A model generated the notes under the pieces. The model searched no databases. It had not been told where the DNA came from and saw only the letters and a program-made list of their open reading frames with translations. The position numbers were made by a program, and so were the translations under genes. DNA of 64,000 nt, taken from Desulfatiglandales bacterium (GTDB taxonomy: Bacteria > Desulfobacterota > DSM-4660 > Desulfatiglandales > Desulfatiglandaceae). The stretch lies in assembly GCA_963662465.1 (NCBI GenBank), contig OY759599.1, positions 5,792,001 through 5,856,000 of the forward strand. The letters run 5' to 3'. Positions 39,547 to 50,034 of the stretch are shown here, one piece after another. Every line of letters begins with the position of its first letter. Position 1 is the stretch's first letter.

Positions 39547-41447
39547 TTGAAAGCGGACCTGAAAAATCGAATTTGTTAAGCACGATTGAGAGCCCCGCGG
39601 ATATAAAAGATCTTTCCCTGGATCAGCTACAGGATTTGGCCGAGGAAATTCGCTGGAAAATTATCGAGACAACGTCAAAAACAGGTGGCCATCTGGCGCC
39701 TAGTCTTGGAACGGTGGAGCTGGCTATTGCACTGCACTATGTTTATGACACCCCCAGGGATAAAATTATCTGGGATGTGGGTCACCAGGCCTATGCCCAT
39801 AAATTGCTCACCGGACGGCGAAACCAATTTCATACCCTGCGAACTTATGGCGGCATCAGTGGGTTTCCAAAGCGGGCGGAAAGCCCCTACGATGCCTTCG
39901 ATACCGGACACAGCAGCACCTCCATTTCCGCGGGCCTGGGCATTTCCACGGCGAAATGCCTTAAAGGGGATAAACATAAAGTCATTTCGGTGATCGGCGA
40001 CGGTTCCCTGACCGGCGGAATGGCCTTTGAAGGGCTTAATCAGGCGGGCCATACGGAGAAAGACCTGATCGTTGTCCTCAATGACAATGCCATGTCCATT
40101 GCGCCCAACGTGGGGGCATTTTCATCGTTTCTGAGCCGCAAGATGACCGGCAAGCGATTTGTGAATTTCAAAAAGGATCTTGAAAATTTCATCAAATCCT
40201 TGCCCGGGGTGGGCGACAATATCCTTAGTTTCGCCCGCAAGAGCGAGGATTCCTTCCTTGCCTTCTTTACGCCGGGAATGATGTTTGAGGCTTTTAAATT
40301 CAAATATATCGGTCCCATTCACGGTCATCGCCTTGACCGCCTGATTGAGGCCTTTAACAATACCGGCAATTTGGAAGGCCCCATTTTGATTCATGTCCTC
40401 ACCGTAAAGGGGAAGGGGTATGAGTTTGCCGAAAAAGACCCGGCCTATTTTCATGGGGTGGGGTCGTTTGATGTTTTAACCGGGGCTCCTCCCATCAAAA
40501 AACCCGCAACATCCATCCCCTCTTACACCAGTGTTTTCGGCAAGACCATGATGGACCTGGCTGCCAAAAATGATCGATTGTTTGCCATTACCGCGGCCAT
40601 GCCCGAGGGGACCGGCTTGACGGCGTTTTCAAAGGCATTTCCGGAAAGATTTCTGGATGTGGGCATTGCGGAGCAACATGCCGTGACATTTGCGGCAGGG
40701 TTGGCAACGGAAGGGTTCCATCCCGTGGTGGCCATTTACTCCACGTTCCTTCAGCGGGCCTTTGACCAGATCATCCATGATGTGTGTCTCCCCAATTTGC
40801 CGGTGGTTTTTGCCCTGGATCGGGGCGGTCTTGTGGGTGAAGACGGCCCGACCCATCACGGGCAGTTCGATGTTTCCTATCTGCGGAGCCTGCCCAATAT
40901 GACCATTATGGCGCCAAAAGATGAAAATGAATTGCGGCATATGCTTTTTACGGCGTTTAGACATAACGGACCCGTGGCCATTCGGTATCCACGGGGCAGT
41001 GGCATCGGCGTACCGATGGATGATGAATACCGGCAGCTTCCCATGGGAGAGGTCGAAATTTTGAAAGAAGGAAAAGATCTTCAGGTGCTGGCATTCGGCA
41101 GCATGGTGCAGCCATCCCTTGAAGCCTCCCGCATTCTGGAAGAACAGGGCATATCGGCAGGGGTTCTGAATTGCCGATTTGCAAAACCGCTGGACAAAAA
41201 AATCGCTGCGATTGCCGCCCCTTCAGGGCGGCTCCTGGTGGTGGAGGAAAACGTTCGAATAGGTGGTCTTGGCAGTGGGGTTCTGGAGCTTTTTAATGAT
41301 ATGGGGGTGCGCGATATCCTGATTAAAAGGCTCGGACTTCCGGATTTGTTCGTTGAACAGGGTCCGGCGGCGCTTCTTAGGAAGAATCTGGCTCTTGACG
41401 CCGAAGGCATTGCAAAGGAGGCCGGAGATTTCTGCCGACAAACCTGA
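39543..41447 (+). CDS. dxs: 1-deoxy-D-xylulose-5-phosphate synthase
   Basis: [34 protein letters not shown]. Confidence 0.98.
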   Translation: MIESGPEKSNLLSTIESPADIKDLSLDQLQDLAEEIRWKIIETTSKTGGHLAPSLGTVELAIALHYVYDTPRDKIIWDVGHQAYAHKLLTGRRNQFHTLRTYGGISGFPKRAESPYDAFDTGHSSTSISAGLGISTAKCLKGDKHKVISVIGDGSLTGGMAFEGLNQAGHTEKDLIVVLNDNAMSIAPNVGAFSSFLSRKMTGKRFVNFKKDLENFIKSLPGVGDNILSFARKSEDSFLAFFTPGMMFEAFKFKYIGPIHGHRLDRLIEAFNNTGNLEGPILIHVLTVKGKGYEFAEKDPAYFHGVGSFDVLTGAPPIKKPATSIPSYTSVFGKTMMDLAAKNDRLFAITAAMPEGTGLTAFSKAFPERFLDVGIAEQHAVTFAAGLATEGFHPVVAIYSTFLQRAFDQIIHDVCLPNLPVVFALDRGGLVGEDGPTHHGQFDVSYLRSLPNMTIMAPKDENELRHMLFTAFRHNGPVAIRYPRGSGIGVPMDDEYRQLPMGEVEILKEGKDLQVLAFGSMVQPSLEASRILEEQGISAGVLNCRFAKPLDKKIAAIAAPSGRLLVVEENVRIGGLGSGVLELFNDMGVRDILIKRLGLPDLFVEQGPAALLRKNLALDAEGIAKEAGDFCRQT

Positions 41448-42180
41448 GAGACGCAAATCAAGACTAGACAAATTATTGGTTCAAAGGGGTCTGACCGAAA
41501 GCCGTGAAAAGGCCAAGGCCATGATCATGGCGGGTCTTGTTTACGTGGACGACGCCCTGGCCGATAAAGCAGGGCACTTGTTTTCTGATGCCGCTGCCAT
41601 TCGCTTGAAAGAACCCTACCCGCCTTTTGTCAGCAGGGGGGGAATCAAGCTTGAAGGCGCCATGGCGCATTTTTCCGTCAATGTTCAATCGTTGGTCCTG
41701 TTGGATGTGGGGGCTTCCACGGGCGGGTTCACCGATTGTCTGCTTCAACGGGGCGCCGGGAGAATCATTGCCATTGATGTGGGTTACGGTCAGTTTGCCT
41801 GGAAGCTCCGTCAGGATCCTCGTGTAACGGTGGTGGAAAAGACCAATATCCGCTATTTGACGCCGGATCAACTTGGCATTCTCGCGCAGGGGGCGGTCAT
41901 CGATGTTTCCTTCATTTCCCTTAAACTGGTGATCCCGGTTGTTTCCGGCCTCTTGACGGATCACGCGTTTATCCTCTCCTTGATCAAACCCCAGTTTGAG
42001 GTGGGCAGGGGAAAGATCGGAAAGGGCGGCGTGGTGCGCGACCCCGCTCTTCATGAATCGGTTATTCTGGATTTGACAACGTTCTGCGAAAAATCGGGGT
42101 GGTCGGTTCGGGGAACCGTTCCGTCGCCCATATTGGGACCCAAGGGGAACCGCGAGTTTTTTATCTATTTGGAGCGGTAG
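41410..42180 (+). CDS. tlyA: TlyA-family rRNA 2'-O-methyltransferase (start TTG 41410 or ATT 41428)
   Basis: RLDKLLV S4 domain, [35 protein letters not shown]. Confidence 0.92.
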   Translation: MQRRPEISADKPERRKSRLDKLLVQRGLTESREKAKAMIMAGLVYVDDALADKAGHLFSDAAAIRLKEPYPPFVSRGGIKLEGAMAHFSVNVQSLVLLDVGASTGGFTDCLLQRGAGRIIAIDVGYGQFAWKLRQDPRVTVVEKTNIRYLTPDQLGILAQGAVIDVSFISLKLVIPVVSGLLTDHAFILSLIKPQFEVGRGKIGKGGVVRDPALHESVILDLTTFCEKSGWSVRGTVPSPILGPKGNREFFIYLER

Positions 42181-42193
42181 GGGACGGAAAAAA

Positions 42194-43012
42194 ATGAAAA
42201 ACATTCATCGACTTGTTGAGATCATCCAGGATATTGCTGCCGGGCAATACTCAAATGACATCATGGACCTGACCTGTGAAGATCACCCGGAGACGGTGCG
42301 AACCATTGCGGAAGCCATGGGCTTGATGATGGTCAAGGTGGAGGCGAGGGAGTACCGGCTTGAATTGATGGTCAAGGAGCTGGAAGCATTAAATGAAAAG
42401 ATCAAGCAGAATGCCATTGCCGTGGTATCGACCATGGCCCATGCGTTGGCGGCCCGTGACGCCTATACCGAGGGACATGCCGAACGGGTGGCTGATATCG
42501 CATGTAAAATAGCCCGGCAACTGGGGTTGGCGGAAGAAGAAATCGAATTTGTTCGATTAGGCGGCATCCTGCACGATATCGGAAAAATTGGATTTCCGGA
42601 CCGTCTTTTCGAGGCGCATGAACAGAAAAATCCGTCGGATCTGGTGAAACAGATCACCCGGCACCCGAGTACCGGGGCAAAGATTCTGCAGGATCTGGAC
42701 TTTCTGGGGCCGGCCCTTGAGTATGTTCACTGTCACCACGAACGACCGGACGGCAAGGGGTATCCGCGCCATCTCAAGGCTGAACAGATCCCCCTGGGCG
42801 CCGGCATCCTGGCGGTAGCCGATGCATTCGACGCCATGACAACGGACAGGCCCTATCAAAAAGGGAAGCCCTCTGAAGTCGCGTTGGATATTTTAAAAAA
42901 GAGCGCCGGGAAAAAATGGGACGCCCGGTGTGTTGCTGCTTTTGAAACGGTTTTGAGCGGGCAGGGGGCAGGGGACAGTTGTCAGAGGGCAACTGTCCCC
43001 TGCCCCCTGTGA
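42194..43012 (+). CDS. HD-GYP domain phosphodiesterase
   Basis: RDAYTEGH, LHDIGKIG, HHERPDGKGYP, ADAFDAMT.DRPY. Confidence 0.92.
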   Translation: MKNIHRLVEIIQDIAAGQYSNDIMDLTCEDHPETVRTIAEAMGLMMVKVEAREYRLELMVKELEALNEKIKQNAIAVVSTMAHALAARDAYTEGHAERVADIACKIARQLGLAEEEIEFVRLGGILHDIGKIGFPDRLFEAHEQKNPSDLVKQITRHPSTGAKILQDLDFLGPALEYVHCHHERPDGKGYPRHLKAEQIPLGAGILAVADAFDAMTTDRPYQKGKPSEVALDILKKSAGKKWDARCVAAFETVLSGQGAGDSCQRATVPCPL

Positions 43013-43020
43013 ACTGTTAC
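42959..43020. repeat. CAGGGGG-type heptamer hairpin ending GTGAACTGTTAC, overlapping the HD-GYP 3' end
   Basis: Right end nearly identical to 58697-58726. Confidence 0.85.
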
Positions 43021-43023
43021 GGC

Positions 43024-43887
43024 TTATTTTTGTTTTTTATGGGTCCTTTCCAATTCCTTTTCAATGATATTCGATATTTTTCCGAGGTCTCGATTCTCAA
43101 CACGCCGGCCATTCATGAAAACCGCCGGTATGCCGTTTACCCCGATTTTTTGCCCTTCTTCGTAGTCCCCCTTGATTTTTTCCAGTATCAATGGATTCTG
43201 GCGGTCTTTTTCGAACTGTTCCTCGTTCAATCCCAATTTCTTTGCAATTTCAAGAATTTTTTGATCGTTAAGATTCCTGTAATGCTTAAAAAGTTCATCG
43301 TGGAATTCCCAGAATTTTCCCTGGCATTCCGCGGCAAGGGCTGCCGCCGCCGCTGTTTTGGCAAACTTGTGGCTGCTTAAGGGAAAGTTTTTAAAAACGA
43401 TTTTTACCGATTTGGGATATTTCTTGAACACCTGCTCAAGTTCAGGCCCCAGCCTGGCACAATAGGGACACTGGAAATCACTGAAAATAGCCAGAACCAC
43501 CGGCGCATTTTGAGGCCCTTTGGCCGGTGCATCCGCGGTATTGATTTCCACAAAAAAATCAAGGGTAATCACCTGAACGGTTTTTTTCAGGCGGCTGGCA
43601 ACGAAAAGTCGATCCCCCTGTGGCGCCATTCTGATTTGATCCACCTGCTCCCCCACATGGATTTTGTTTTGCAGGACGCCTTCTTGATCATACACGGAAA
43701 TATTTCCCGCGTTCGTCAACACAAATATATATTTGCCATCCGGCGATGCGACCACATCCAGCGGGGAATTATCCGTGGTCAGCGTGTGTTGAACATCGAA
43801 ATTCACCCCGGCAAAGGCGCCCGGTGCTATGGCCATAAGCATCAAACCCATGAAAATACATAACAATTTTAAGCTTTTTTGTTTCAT
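43024..43887 (-). CDS. Exported DsbA-like thioredoxin-fold protein with N-terminal beta-propeller-like blades
   Basis: Signal peptide MKQKSLK; SPDGKYIFV repeats; FSDFQCPYC, KNFPL, GVNGIP. Confidence 0.85.
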   Translation of the reverse strand: MKQKSLKLLCIFMGLMLMAIAPGAFAGVNFDVQHTLTTDNSPLDVVASPDGKYIFVLTNAGNISVYDQEGVLQNKIHVGEQVDQIRMAPQGDRLFVASRLKKTVQVITLDFFVEINTADAPAKGPQNAPVVLAIFSDFQCPYCARLGPELEQVFKKYPKSVKIVFKNFPLSSHKFAKTAAAAALAAECQGKFWEFHDELFKHYRNLNDQKILEIAKKLGLNEEQFEKDRQNPLILEKIKGDYEEGQKIGVNGIPAVFMNGRRVENRDLGKISNIIEKELERTHKKQK

Positions 43888-43926
43888 TGCATTCCTCCCT
43901 TTTATTTTTTTTAATATTCCCATGAC

Positions 43927-44072
43927 GGCTTTGATCATCGTTTCGGCCATTTTCCAGCTGGGGTTAAAACCCCAGGCTATTATCAACCCTACAGGACGGT
44001 AAAAGCCCCATGGGGGCGACAGACAATAGCCTGGCAATTCATTGCCGGGTGGCTGAAACGATGATCAAGGCC
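43927..44072. mobile_element. MITE-like element, copy 1 (146 bp)
   Basis: ~23-bp imperfect terminal inverted repeats GGC(C/T)TTGATCATCGTTTCGGCCA; near-identical to 46451-46600. Confidence 0.85.
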
Positions 44073-45571
44073 TAAAACCCATTCCTCATATCCCCTGTTT
44101 CCATAAACCGCTGATGAAAGGAAAAGGCTTCGCTCAGGAGCTGTGGTTCGTGGCCTCCCCTTTGCTTTAGCGCCCGCTGGTAATAGTCCCAGAGGATATC
44201 CCGATAATCGGGATGAGCGCATTTCTTGATGACCTGTTCAGCCGTTTGCCTCGGGGTAAGAGACCGGGTGTCCACCAGGCCGTTTTCCGTAACAATGACA
44301 TTAACGGAGTGTTCCGAGTGGTCCACGTGGGTTGCCATGGGTACAATGGTGGAGATACTGCCCCCCTTTGCCGTGGAAGGCGCAACCATGAAGGTGACGG
44401 AACCATTGCGCATGTAGTCGCCTGAACCGCCGATACCGTTCATTAGCTGAGAACCCATCACATGGGTGGAATTGGCGTGCCCATAAATATCGATTTCCAT
44501 GGCCGTATTGATGGACAGGACACCCAGCCTGCCGATGACTTCCGGTGAATTGGAAATCTCCACCGGACGAAGAATGATTTTTTCCTTGTAACGGTAAAGC
44601 TCGTTGAAAAAACGGGTTCGGGCTTTTTCGGACAATGTCATGGCTGAACCGGAGGCAGCCCGCACCTTTCCCATGTCAATGAGGTCCAGAACGCTGTCTT
44701 GCAGAACTTCCGAGTATAGTTCCAGGTTGTTGAAAAAACCATTATTCATAAACCCGCCCAGAACTGCGTTGGCCACGTGCCCAACGCCGGCTTGCCACGG
44801 AAGAAAAGGGGAAAGCCTTTCTTTTTTGATTTCGTGTCGGACAAAATCCAGAATCTGTTCGCCAATGAGCTGCGAGCTGCGATCCGGGGCTGTAAACACG
44901 GGGCAGCTATCCTGCTGGTCATGAAAGAGAATCGCCACCACCCGGTCGGGGTCCATTTCGATAAAGGGTTTACCAATGCGGTCTGCGGCCCGGTATATGG
45001 GGATGGGCATTCGATAGGGTGGATCTTCAGGAATAAAAATATCGTGAATGCCTTCCAGTTCCGGAGGTTCACTGTTGCTCAGCTCAATGATTATTTTCTG
45101 AGCTTCTCTGACATATGTGGGGGTGTTGCCCACCGACATGGTGGGTATTAAAGCCCCTTTTTTCGTAATGGCCACAGCCTCCACAACCGCCACGTGAGCG
45201 GCTCCCCAATCTCCGGCCCTGACCTGGGCGGAAAGGCTGGAAAGATGATCGTCCTTGAAGTTGATCTCCCCGCCGTTGATCATTTTCCGCATCCGCGGGT
45301 CGCTCATGTAGGGCCGACGCCAGCCGACAACGCCGGCTTCAGCCAGGAGCCCATCCAGGCCATCCCCGGTCGAGGCCCCGGCGAACAGGTTTATTTTGAA
45401 ACGTTCTCCAGCCTTTGCCCGCCTGGCCAATTCCTGGGGGATCAGTTTGGGGTAGCCTGCCGTAAATCCGGAAATAAAAAGGTTGGTTCCATCCTGAATA
45501 TGCCGGGCCGCTGTGACGGGATCCGTGATCTTCCGTTTAAGGGGTTCATATCGAATTCGATCTTCCTGCAT
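44072..45571 (-). CDS. Acetyl-CoA hydrolase / succinyl-CoA:acetate CoA-transferase family
   Basis: SGFTAGYPK, GASTG, QAGVG..ANAV, YSEVLQD, ISNSPE, GIGGSGD. Confidence 0.92.
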   Translation of the reverse strand: MQEDRIRYEPLKRKITDPVTAARHIQDGTNLFISGFTAGYPKLIPQELARRAKAGERFKINLFAGASTGDGLDGLLAEAGVVGWRRPYMSDPRMRKMINGGEINFKDDHLSSLSAQVRAGDWGAAHVAVVEAVAITKKGALIPTMSVGNTPTYVREAQKIIIELSNSEPPELEGIHDIFIPEDPPYRMPIPIYRAADRIGKPFIEMDPDRVVAILFHDQQDSCPVFTAPDRSSQLIGEQILDFVRHEIKKERLSPFLPWQAGVGHVANAVLGGFMNNGFFNNLELYSEVLQDSVLDLIDMGKVRAASGSAMTLSEKARTRFFNELYRYKEKIILRPVEISNSPEVIGRLGVLSINTAMEIDIYGHANSTHVMGSQLMNGIGGSGDYMRNGSVTFMVAPSTAKGGSISTIVPMATHVDHSEHSVNVIVTENGLVDTRSLTPRQTAEQVIKKCAHPDYRDILWDYYQRALKQRGGHEPQLLSEAFSFHQRFMETGDMRNGF

Positions 45572-45653
45572 GCTTTTTCTCCAAGGGGTTTCGACCTCAA
45601 CCTAAACCATTCATGGGTTCATAGGCAAGTCAAAAAAATCTTCATTTGACCCC

Positions 45654-46424
45654 TCAGATGGCTTTTCCAATCTTTAGAAGGCACTTGAAAATCCTGGTTC
45701 TGACATGCGGTATTTTTGAAGGCATTATTTTTTCCGTCAGCGGTTCCACATAGAGGTTCTGATTGATCTCGATTTGAAGGGCCATTTTACCCCTTGCCAC
45801 CAAAGCGTGCCCATAATGGGTGGTAATGAATCCCCCCGCATAAGGAACATTTATTGATACGGAAAAACCGTTGTCCTCAAATACCCGTTTCATGAAGTTC
45901 AAAAGATCTGAGCTGCAAGTGGTTTTTCCCCGGACCGGATTGATTTCTCCCGCCGGGCCGCCATTGTTGCCCAGCGTGATATCCTTCCGCTTTTTTCCTG
46001 TATCGGGGGCGTCCGGCGGACCCATGCCCTTAAGGGAATGGCAATCCAGAAGTCCTTTGATATCGAGTAGTTCAATGGCCTTTTGCAGTTGGCGGTGATA
46101 GGGCCGATAATATGTCGCAAGGCGATCTTTAATTCCTTTTTCATTGGGGATCGCGTGCGGGGTGTATACGGCCCGGCCATGGTAATCCACCAGCGCGACA
46201 GGCCCTTTTGCATCCCGCTGGTGGGGTGATCGATTCAAGTCCACCACAAGCCGGCTCCATTGGGCGCACAGAATGCGCTCCGCCGGCAGGCATCCAAAAA
46301 TCTCCCGGGTCCCCACATCGATGGCGTCGCCCATTTCCGCCTGGGTCAATGCAATGGCGGGTCTGATTCGTTCGGGTATTTCTCCTGAGCAGTGGGGCAG
46401 AGCGATAACAAATGGAAGTTTCAT
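45654..46424 (-). CDS. N-formylglutamate amidohydrolase (FGase) family zinc hydrolase
   Basis: PHCSGEIP, SRLVVDLNR, YYRPYH, LDCHS, NVPYAGGFIT, LQIEINQ.LY. Confidence 0.9.
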   Translation of the reverse strand: MKLPFVIALPHCSGEIPERIRPAIALTQAEMGDAIDVGTREIFGCLPAERILCAQWSRLVVDLNRSPHQRDAKGPVALVDYHGRAVYTPHAIPNEKGIKDRLATYYRPYHRQLQKAIELLDIKGLLDCHSLKGMGPPDAPDTGKKRKDITLGNNGGPAGEINPVRGKTTCSSDLLNFMKRVFEDNGFSVSINVPYAGGFITTHYGHALVARGKMALQIEINQNLYVEPLTEKIMPSKIPHVRTRIFKCLLKIGKAI

Positions 46425-46450
46425 AATCCCTCGTCTTTCATGGCGTTTTC

Positions 46451-46600
46451 GGCCTTGATCATCGTTTCGGCCATTTTCCGCCTGGGGTTAAAACCCCAGG
46501 CTGTTATCTACCGTCCCTACGGGACTGTATAAGCCCCATCGGGGCGACAGACAATAGCCCGGCAATTTATTGCCGGGTGGCCGGAACGATGATCAAGGCC
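46451..46600. mobile_element. MITE-like element, copy 2 (150 bp)
   Basis: Same ends and inner hairpins as 43927-44072; supplies stop of the ATP-grasp ORF. Confidence 0.85.
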
Positions 46601-48030
46601 GCGTTTTCACTCACCCATTTCGCCGCCGAAAATGCCGGGGGAGACAGCGTGCCTTTCTCATCTACCACCGGATAAGAAAAAAGGAGTCGGCACAGCCTGC
46701 CGTGGGAGTCCGGTACACCGTTACTTTCAACTTGTCGAGGACCGTCCGACAAGATGAACTGTCGCTCGCTTTGAATGCACCGGTATTCCAATGTCTCCTT
46801 TAAAAACTGAAAAGCCCCACCTTTCGGTTCATATTCGTAAAGGCCCGCTTTCAGGGGCGGGGTGATGTTGGTTTTCGCACCGGGAGGTCGAAACAACAGC
46901 AAGTGACTTCCCTGTACGGGTTCGACATAGCGCCTGTTTAACGCTTCCGGGTCTATTTGGTAGGGTAATCCCAGAAATTCCAATATATGGAAAGCTTCCA
47001 GGGGTATGGTGTCTGCTTGAAGATGGAGTTGGGAAAGCATGGGGAGGGCGCCGGTCAGGCGTGGATTGATTTCAATGGGATAGACCTTTTCCCTGCCTTC
47101 ATGAACAATGAAATCAATGCCTAAGATACCCTTGTAACCCATCCTTCCAAGAAAACTGCCAATTTGATACGCCTGTTCAAATGCCGACTTGCGAACGGCT
47201 TTAGACCAGCGGGGAAGCCCCCAGGCATGGCCGCAAAACACGCCGTCCTCCTCAAAGTTTTGGCAATAGGGAAGATCCAGCAGCTGCCTCTGCAATGAAG
47301 ATGTCAGGATGCCATGACGGGTGACGCATGCCACCGTGCTTGCCGGCGTCCCTTCCACGAACCGGTGAATGGAGACGGATGCCAGGGGCGTGTTTCGCCA
47401 TCGGTTTCCCGCAAGTCTTTCTTGAAGTTGATGGTAGTCTTCCATGGAACGGATAAAAAATGTTCCCCTGCCGCCGCCACGTTCTATGTCCGGAAGCTGA
47501 ACCACAAAATTCGGCCCCACCCCATGTGCCCATTCTTCATAACGCTTCTCATGAAGGTGCCGTATGGCATAAATATTTCCCGGTATTTGAGCAAGGCCAA
47601 GGGAGGCAACCATATCCTTGAAAAACCGTCTTTTTCCAACCGCCTGACGAAGTTGTGGTGAATTGGCCAACAGGTTCCATCCGTTTTTTTTGGCGGACGC
47701 GCTCAATTCGGGATAATTCTGGTACAAAAAAAGATATTTTGGATTCGGCAAGCCCTTCAAAAAGCCCATGGTTTGGGGATGGGCCAGAAGGTCGGCGGAA
47801 TTTTGTCCAGGTGCTGGTGTTGCCGCCCCCGTTTCTTCCTCAAGGCAAAAAACGGTTGATTTCTTGCGCAAAAGCGGAAGATCGCCCGTCTTATGAAGGG
47901 CCACGATATGGTAGGTGTTCAGAAAGGATGCAGGTATGATTCGGGAAAAGGCGGTCATCCCCACGCCCACGAATGTTCCCTGGATTGATTGAAAAAGGGC
48001 TCTTAGTTGATGTATGTCGCGAATGAACAT
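46567..48030 (-). CDS. Uncharacterised ATP-grasp ligase
   Basis: GGGRGTFFI loop, RFVEG, GYKGILGIDFIV, IEINPRLTG. Confidence 0.85.
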   Translation of the reverse strand: MFIRDIHQLRALFQSIQGTFVGVGMTAFSRIIPASFLNTYHIVALHKTGDLPLLRKKSTVFCLEEETGAATPAPGQNSADLLAHPQTMGFLKGLPNPKYLFLYQNYPELSASAKKNGWNLLANSPQLRQAVGKRRFFKDMVASLGLAQIPGNIYAIRHLHEKRYEEWAHGVGPNFVVQLPDIERGGGRGTFFIRSMEDYHQLQERLAGNRWRNTPLASVSIHRFVEGTPASTVACVTRHGILTSSLQRQLLDLPYCQNFEEDGVFCGHAWGLPRWSKAVRKSAFEQAYQIGSFLGRMGYKGILGIDFIVHEGREKVYPIEINPRLTGALPMLSQLHLQADTIPLEAFHILEFLGLPYQIDPEALNRRYVEPVQGSHLLLFRPPGAKTNITPPLKAGLYEYEPKGGAFQFLKETLEYRCIQSERQFILSDGPRQVESNGVPDSHGRLCRLLFSYPVVDEKGTLSPPAFSAAKWVSENAALIIVPATRQ

Positions 48031-48054
48031 GAGGGCATTTGGTAAAACGGTGTT

Positions 48055-49041
48055 TTACGCCTGACTCAGGAAACAGGCCACAAGGTGACCATTGCCTCGG
48101 TCTGCCAGAAGGGGGTTTTCCAGGTTGCATCTGTTTTCCTGCGCCAGGGAGCATCTTGGGAAAAAATTACATCCCACATTATTGTCCTCACGTTCACGGG
48201 TCAAGAGGGTTCCATACCGCTTTTGGGCGCCGCTTTGACCGAATTTAGGAAGCGCGTCAATAAGTGCCTTGGTATAAGGATGTTTGGGATGACGAATCAC
48301 CTGATCGGCGCTGCCCACTTCCATCAGGCGACCTCGATACATGACGGCAATTCGGTCGCACAGGTAGCGGGCCGCGGCCAGACTGTGGGTGATGAACAGC
48401 TGTGTGACGCCCAGGTCGCTCCGCATTTTCAAGAGAATATTAAATATCTGGGCGGAAATGGAGGCATCCAGCATGGAAGTGGGTTCATCGGCAATGACAA
48501 ACTCGGGATCCAAGACCATGGCCCGCGCAATGGCCACCCGCTGGCGCTGCCCGCCGCTGAGTCGATGGGGGTAACGATAGAGGAAATCGTCGGGAGGCGA
48601 CAATCCCACGGATTTTAGAGCCTCCCGAACGCGATCTTTTCTGTCGTTGGCATGCCCTATTTTGTGAATCGTCAAAGGCTCGGAAACGGTGTCTAAAATA
48701 GACCGTTGAGGGTTCAGGGACTGATAGGGGTCCTGGAATATCATCTGCGCCTTGCGTCGAAATTTCTTTAGACGCTTTCCTTTCAATCCCGTAACGGGCT
48801 TGCCATCCAGAAGGATTTCCCCGAAATCGGTCTCTTCAAGGCATACAATCAAACGTCCCGCGGTTGTTTTGCCGCTGCCGCTTTCCCCCACCAATCCAAA
48901 AATTTCACCCTTGTTGATATGAAGGGAAATGCGGTCCAGGGCGATCACATCTTTTCCGCGGTCGCCAAAAAGACCCGCCTTGCTTTTGTAAATTTTGCTG
49001 ACGTCCCTTATTTCGAGGATCGGTTTACCGCTGGTGTCCAT
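48055..49041 (-). CDS. Peptide ABC transporter ATP-binding subunit (OppF/DppF-like)
   Basis: GESGSGKTT, FQDPYQSLNP, LSGGQRQR, HPYTKAL. Confidence 0.93.
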   Translation of the reverse strand: MDTSGKPILEIRDVSKIYKSKAGLFGDRGKDVIALDRISLHINKGEIFGLVGESGSGKTTAGRLIVCLEETDFGEILLDGKPVTGLKGKRLKKFRRKAQMIFQDPYQSLNPQRSILDTVSEPLTIHKIGHANDRKDRVREALKSVGLSPPDDFLYRYPHRLSGGQRQRVAIARAMVLDPEFVIADEPTSMLDASISAQIFNILLKMRSDLGVTQLFITHSLAAARYLCDRIAVMYRGRLMEVGSADQVIRHPKHPYTKALIDALPKFGQSGAQKRYGTLLTREREDNNVGCNFFPRCSLAQENRCNLENPLLADRGNGHLVACFLSQA

Positions 49042-49080
49042 ACTGACCTCGGGTTAATCCAATATTTCTTTCATTTTCCG

Positions 49081-50034
49081 CTAACAATGGCAACAGCGCG
49101 CTTTATGCCCGGGGCCGACCTGGACCCATTTGGGGGCCTCTTTTTTGCAAAATGGGGAGGCACTGGAACAACGTTCGCCAAATCGACACCCTACCGGAGG
49201 GTGAATCAAATTGGGCGTTTCCCCCGGAATGGGCGTTAAACCGGTTTTTTCGCCGGTTATGGTGGGAAAAGACGAGAGCAGCGCCTTGGTGTAGGGGTGT
49301 ACGGGCGATTCAAAAACCGCTTCCCTGGGTCCGCATTCCACCATCTGGCCCGCATACATCACCGCGATGTTCCGGCACATGTCCGCAACGATGGAAATGT
49401 CGTGGGAGATAAAGATAACGCCGATGTTAAACTCCTTCTGAAGATTTTTGACTTCCTCCAGAATCTGATCCTGAACAATGACGTCCAGTGCGGTAGTCGG
49501 CTCATCCGCAATGATGAGTTTGGGGCGGCAGGCCAGGGCCATGGCAATAATCGCCCGCTGCTTCATGCCGCCGCTGTATTGGTGGGGATAGCCTTTGAGA
49601 CGGTCCCGGGGGATTCCCACCAGATCGAAAAGGTTCTCCACCTGATGCAGGGCCTCCTCTTTTTCCACAGTGGGGTTATGCACCAGGATGGCTTCCGCAA
49701 TCTGATCCCCCACGCGCAGCACCGGGTTCATGGCATTCATGGCGGCCTGGAAAATCATGGCAATCCGGCGCCATCGGGTTGCCCTTCTTTCTTCCTCTGT
49801 CATTAACAGAAGATCCTGCCCCTCAAAAAGAATGCGCCCCTGCCCAATGAAAGCATTGGGCGACAGCAGCCCCATCAAGGCCATCCCGATGGTGGTTTTT
49901 CCACAGCCGGACTCCCCCACAAAACCGAGGGATTGCCCCTCATCCAGGGAAAAGGAAACCCCGTCCACGGCTTTAAGGGTGCCTTGTTTGGTTCGATAAC
50001 CGGTGCTTAAATTGTCAACTTCCAGTAGGGTCAT
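49081..50034 (-). CDS. Peptide ABC transporter ATP-binding subunit (OppD/DppD-like)
   Basis: [30 protein letters not shown]. Confidence 0.93.
   Translation of the reverse strand: MTLLEVDNLSTGYRTKQGTLKAVDGVSFSLDEGQSLGFVGESGCGKTTIGMALMGLLSPNAFIGQGRILFEGQDLLLMTEEERRATRWRRIAMIFQAAMNAMNPVLRVGDQIAEAILVHNPTVEKEEALHQVENLFDLVGIPRDRLKGYPHQYSGGMKQRAIIAMALACRPKLIIADEPTTALDVIVQDQILEEVKNLQKEFNIGVIFISHDISIVADMCRNIAVMYAGQMVECGPREAVFESPVHPYTKALLSSFPTITGEKTGLTPIPGETPNLIHPPVGCRFGERCSSASPFCKKEAPKWVQVGPGHKARCCHC

Noticed and set aside
43888..44037. N-terminal extension of the DsbA ORF (likewise 23070-23222, 38206-38304, 38172-38408)
   Set aside because: Run through a MITE or intergenic DNA; downstream starts fit RBS and family N-termini better
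45654..46424. FGase as hutG of histidine utilisation
   Set aside because: No hutH/U/I/F in the window; context is ATP-grasp ligases, so only a family-level call is made
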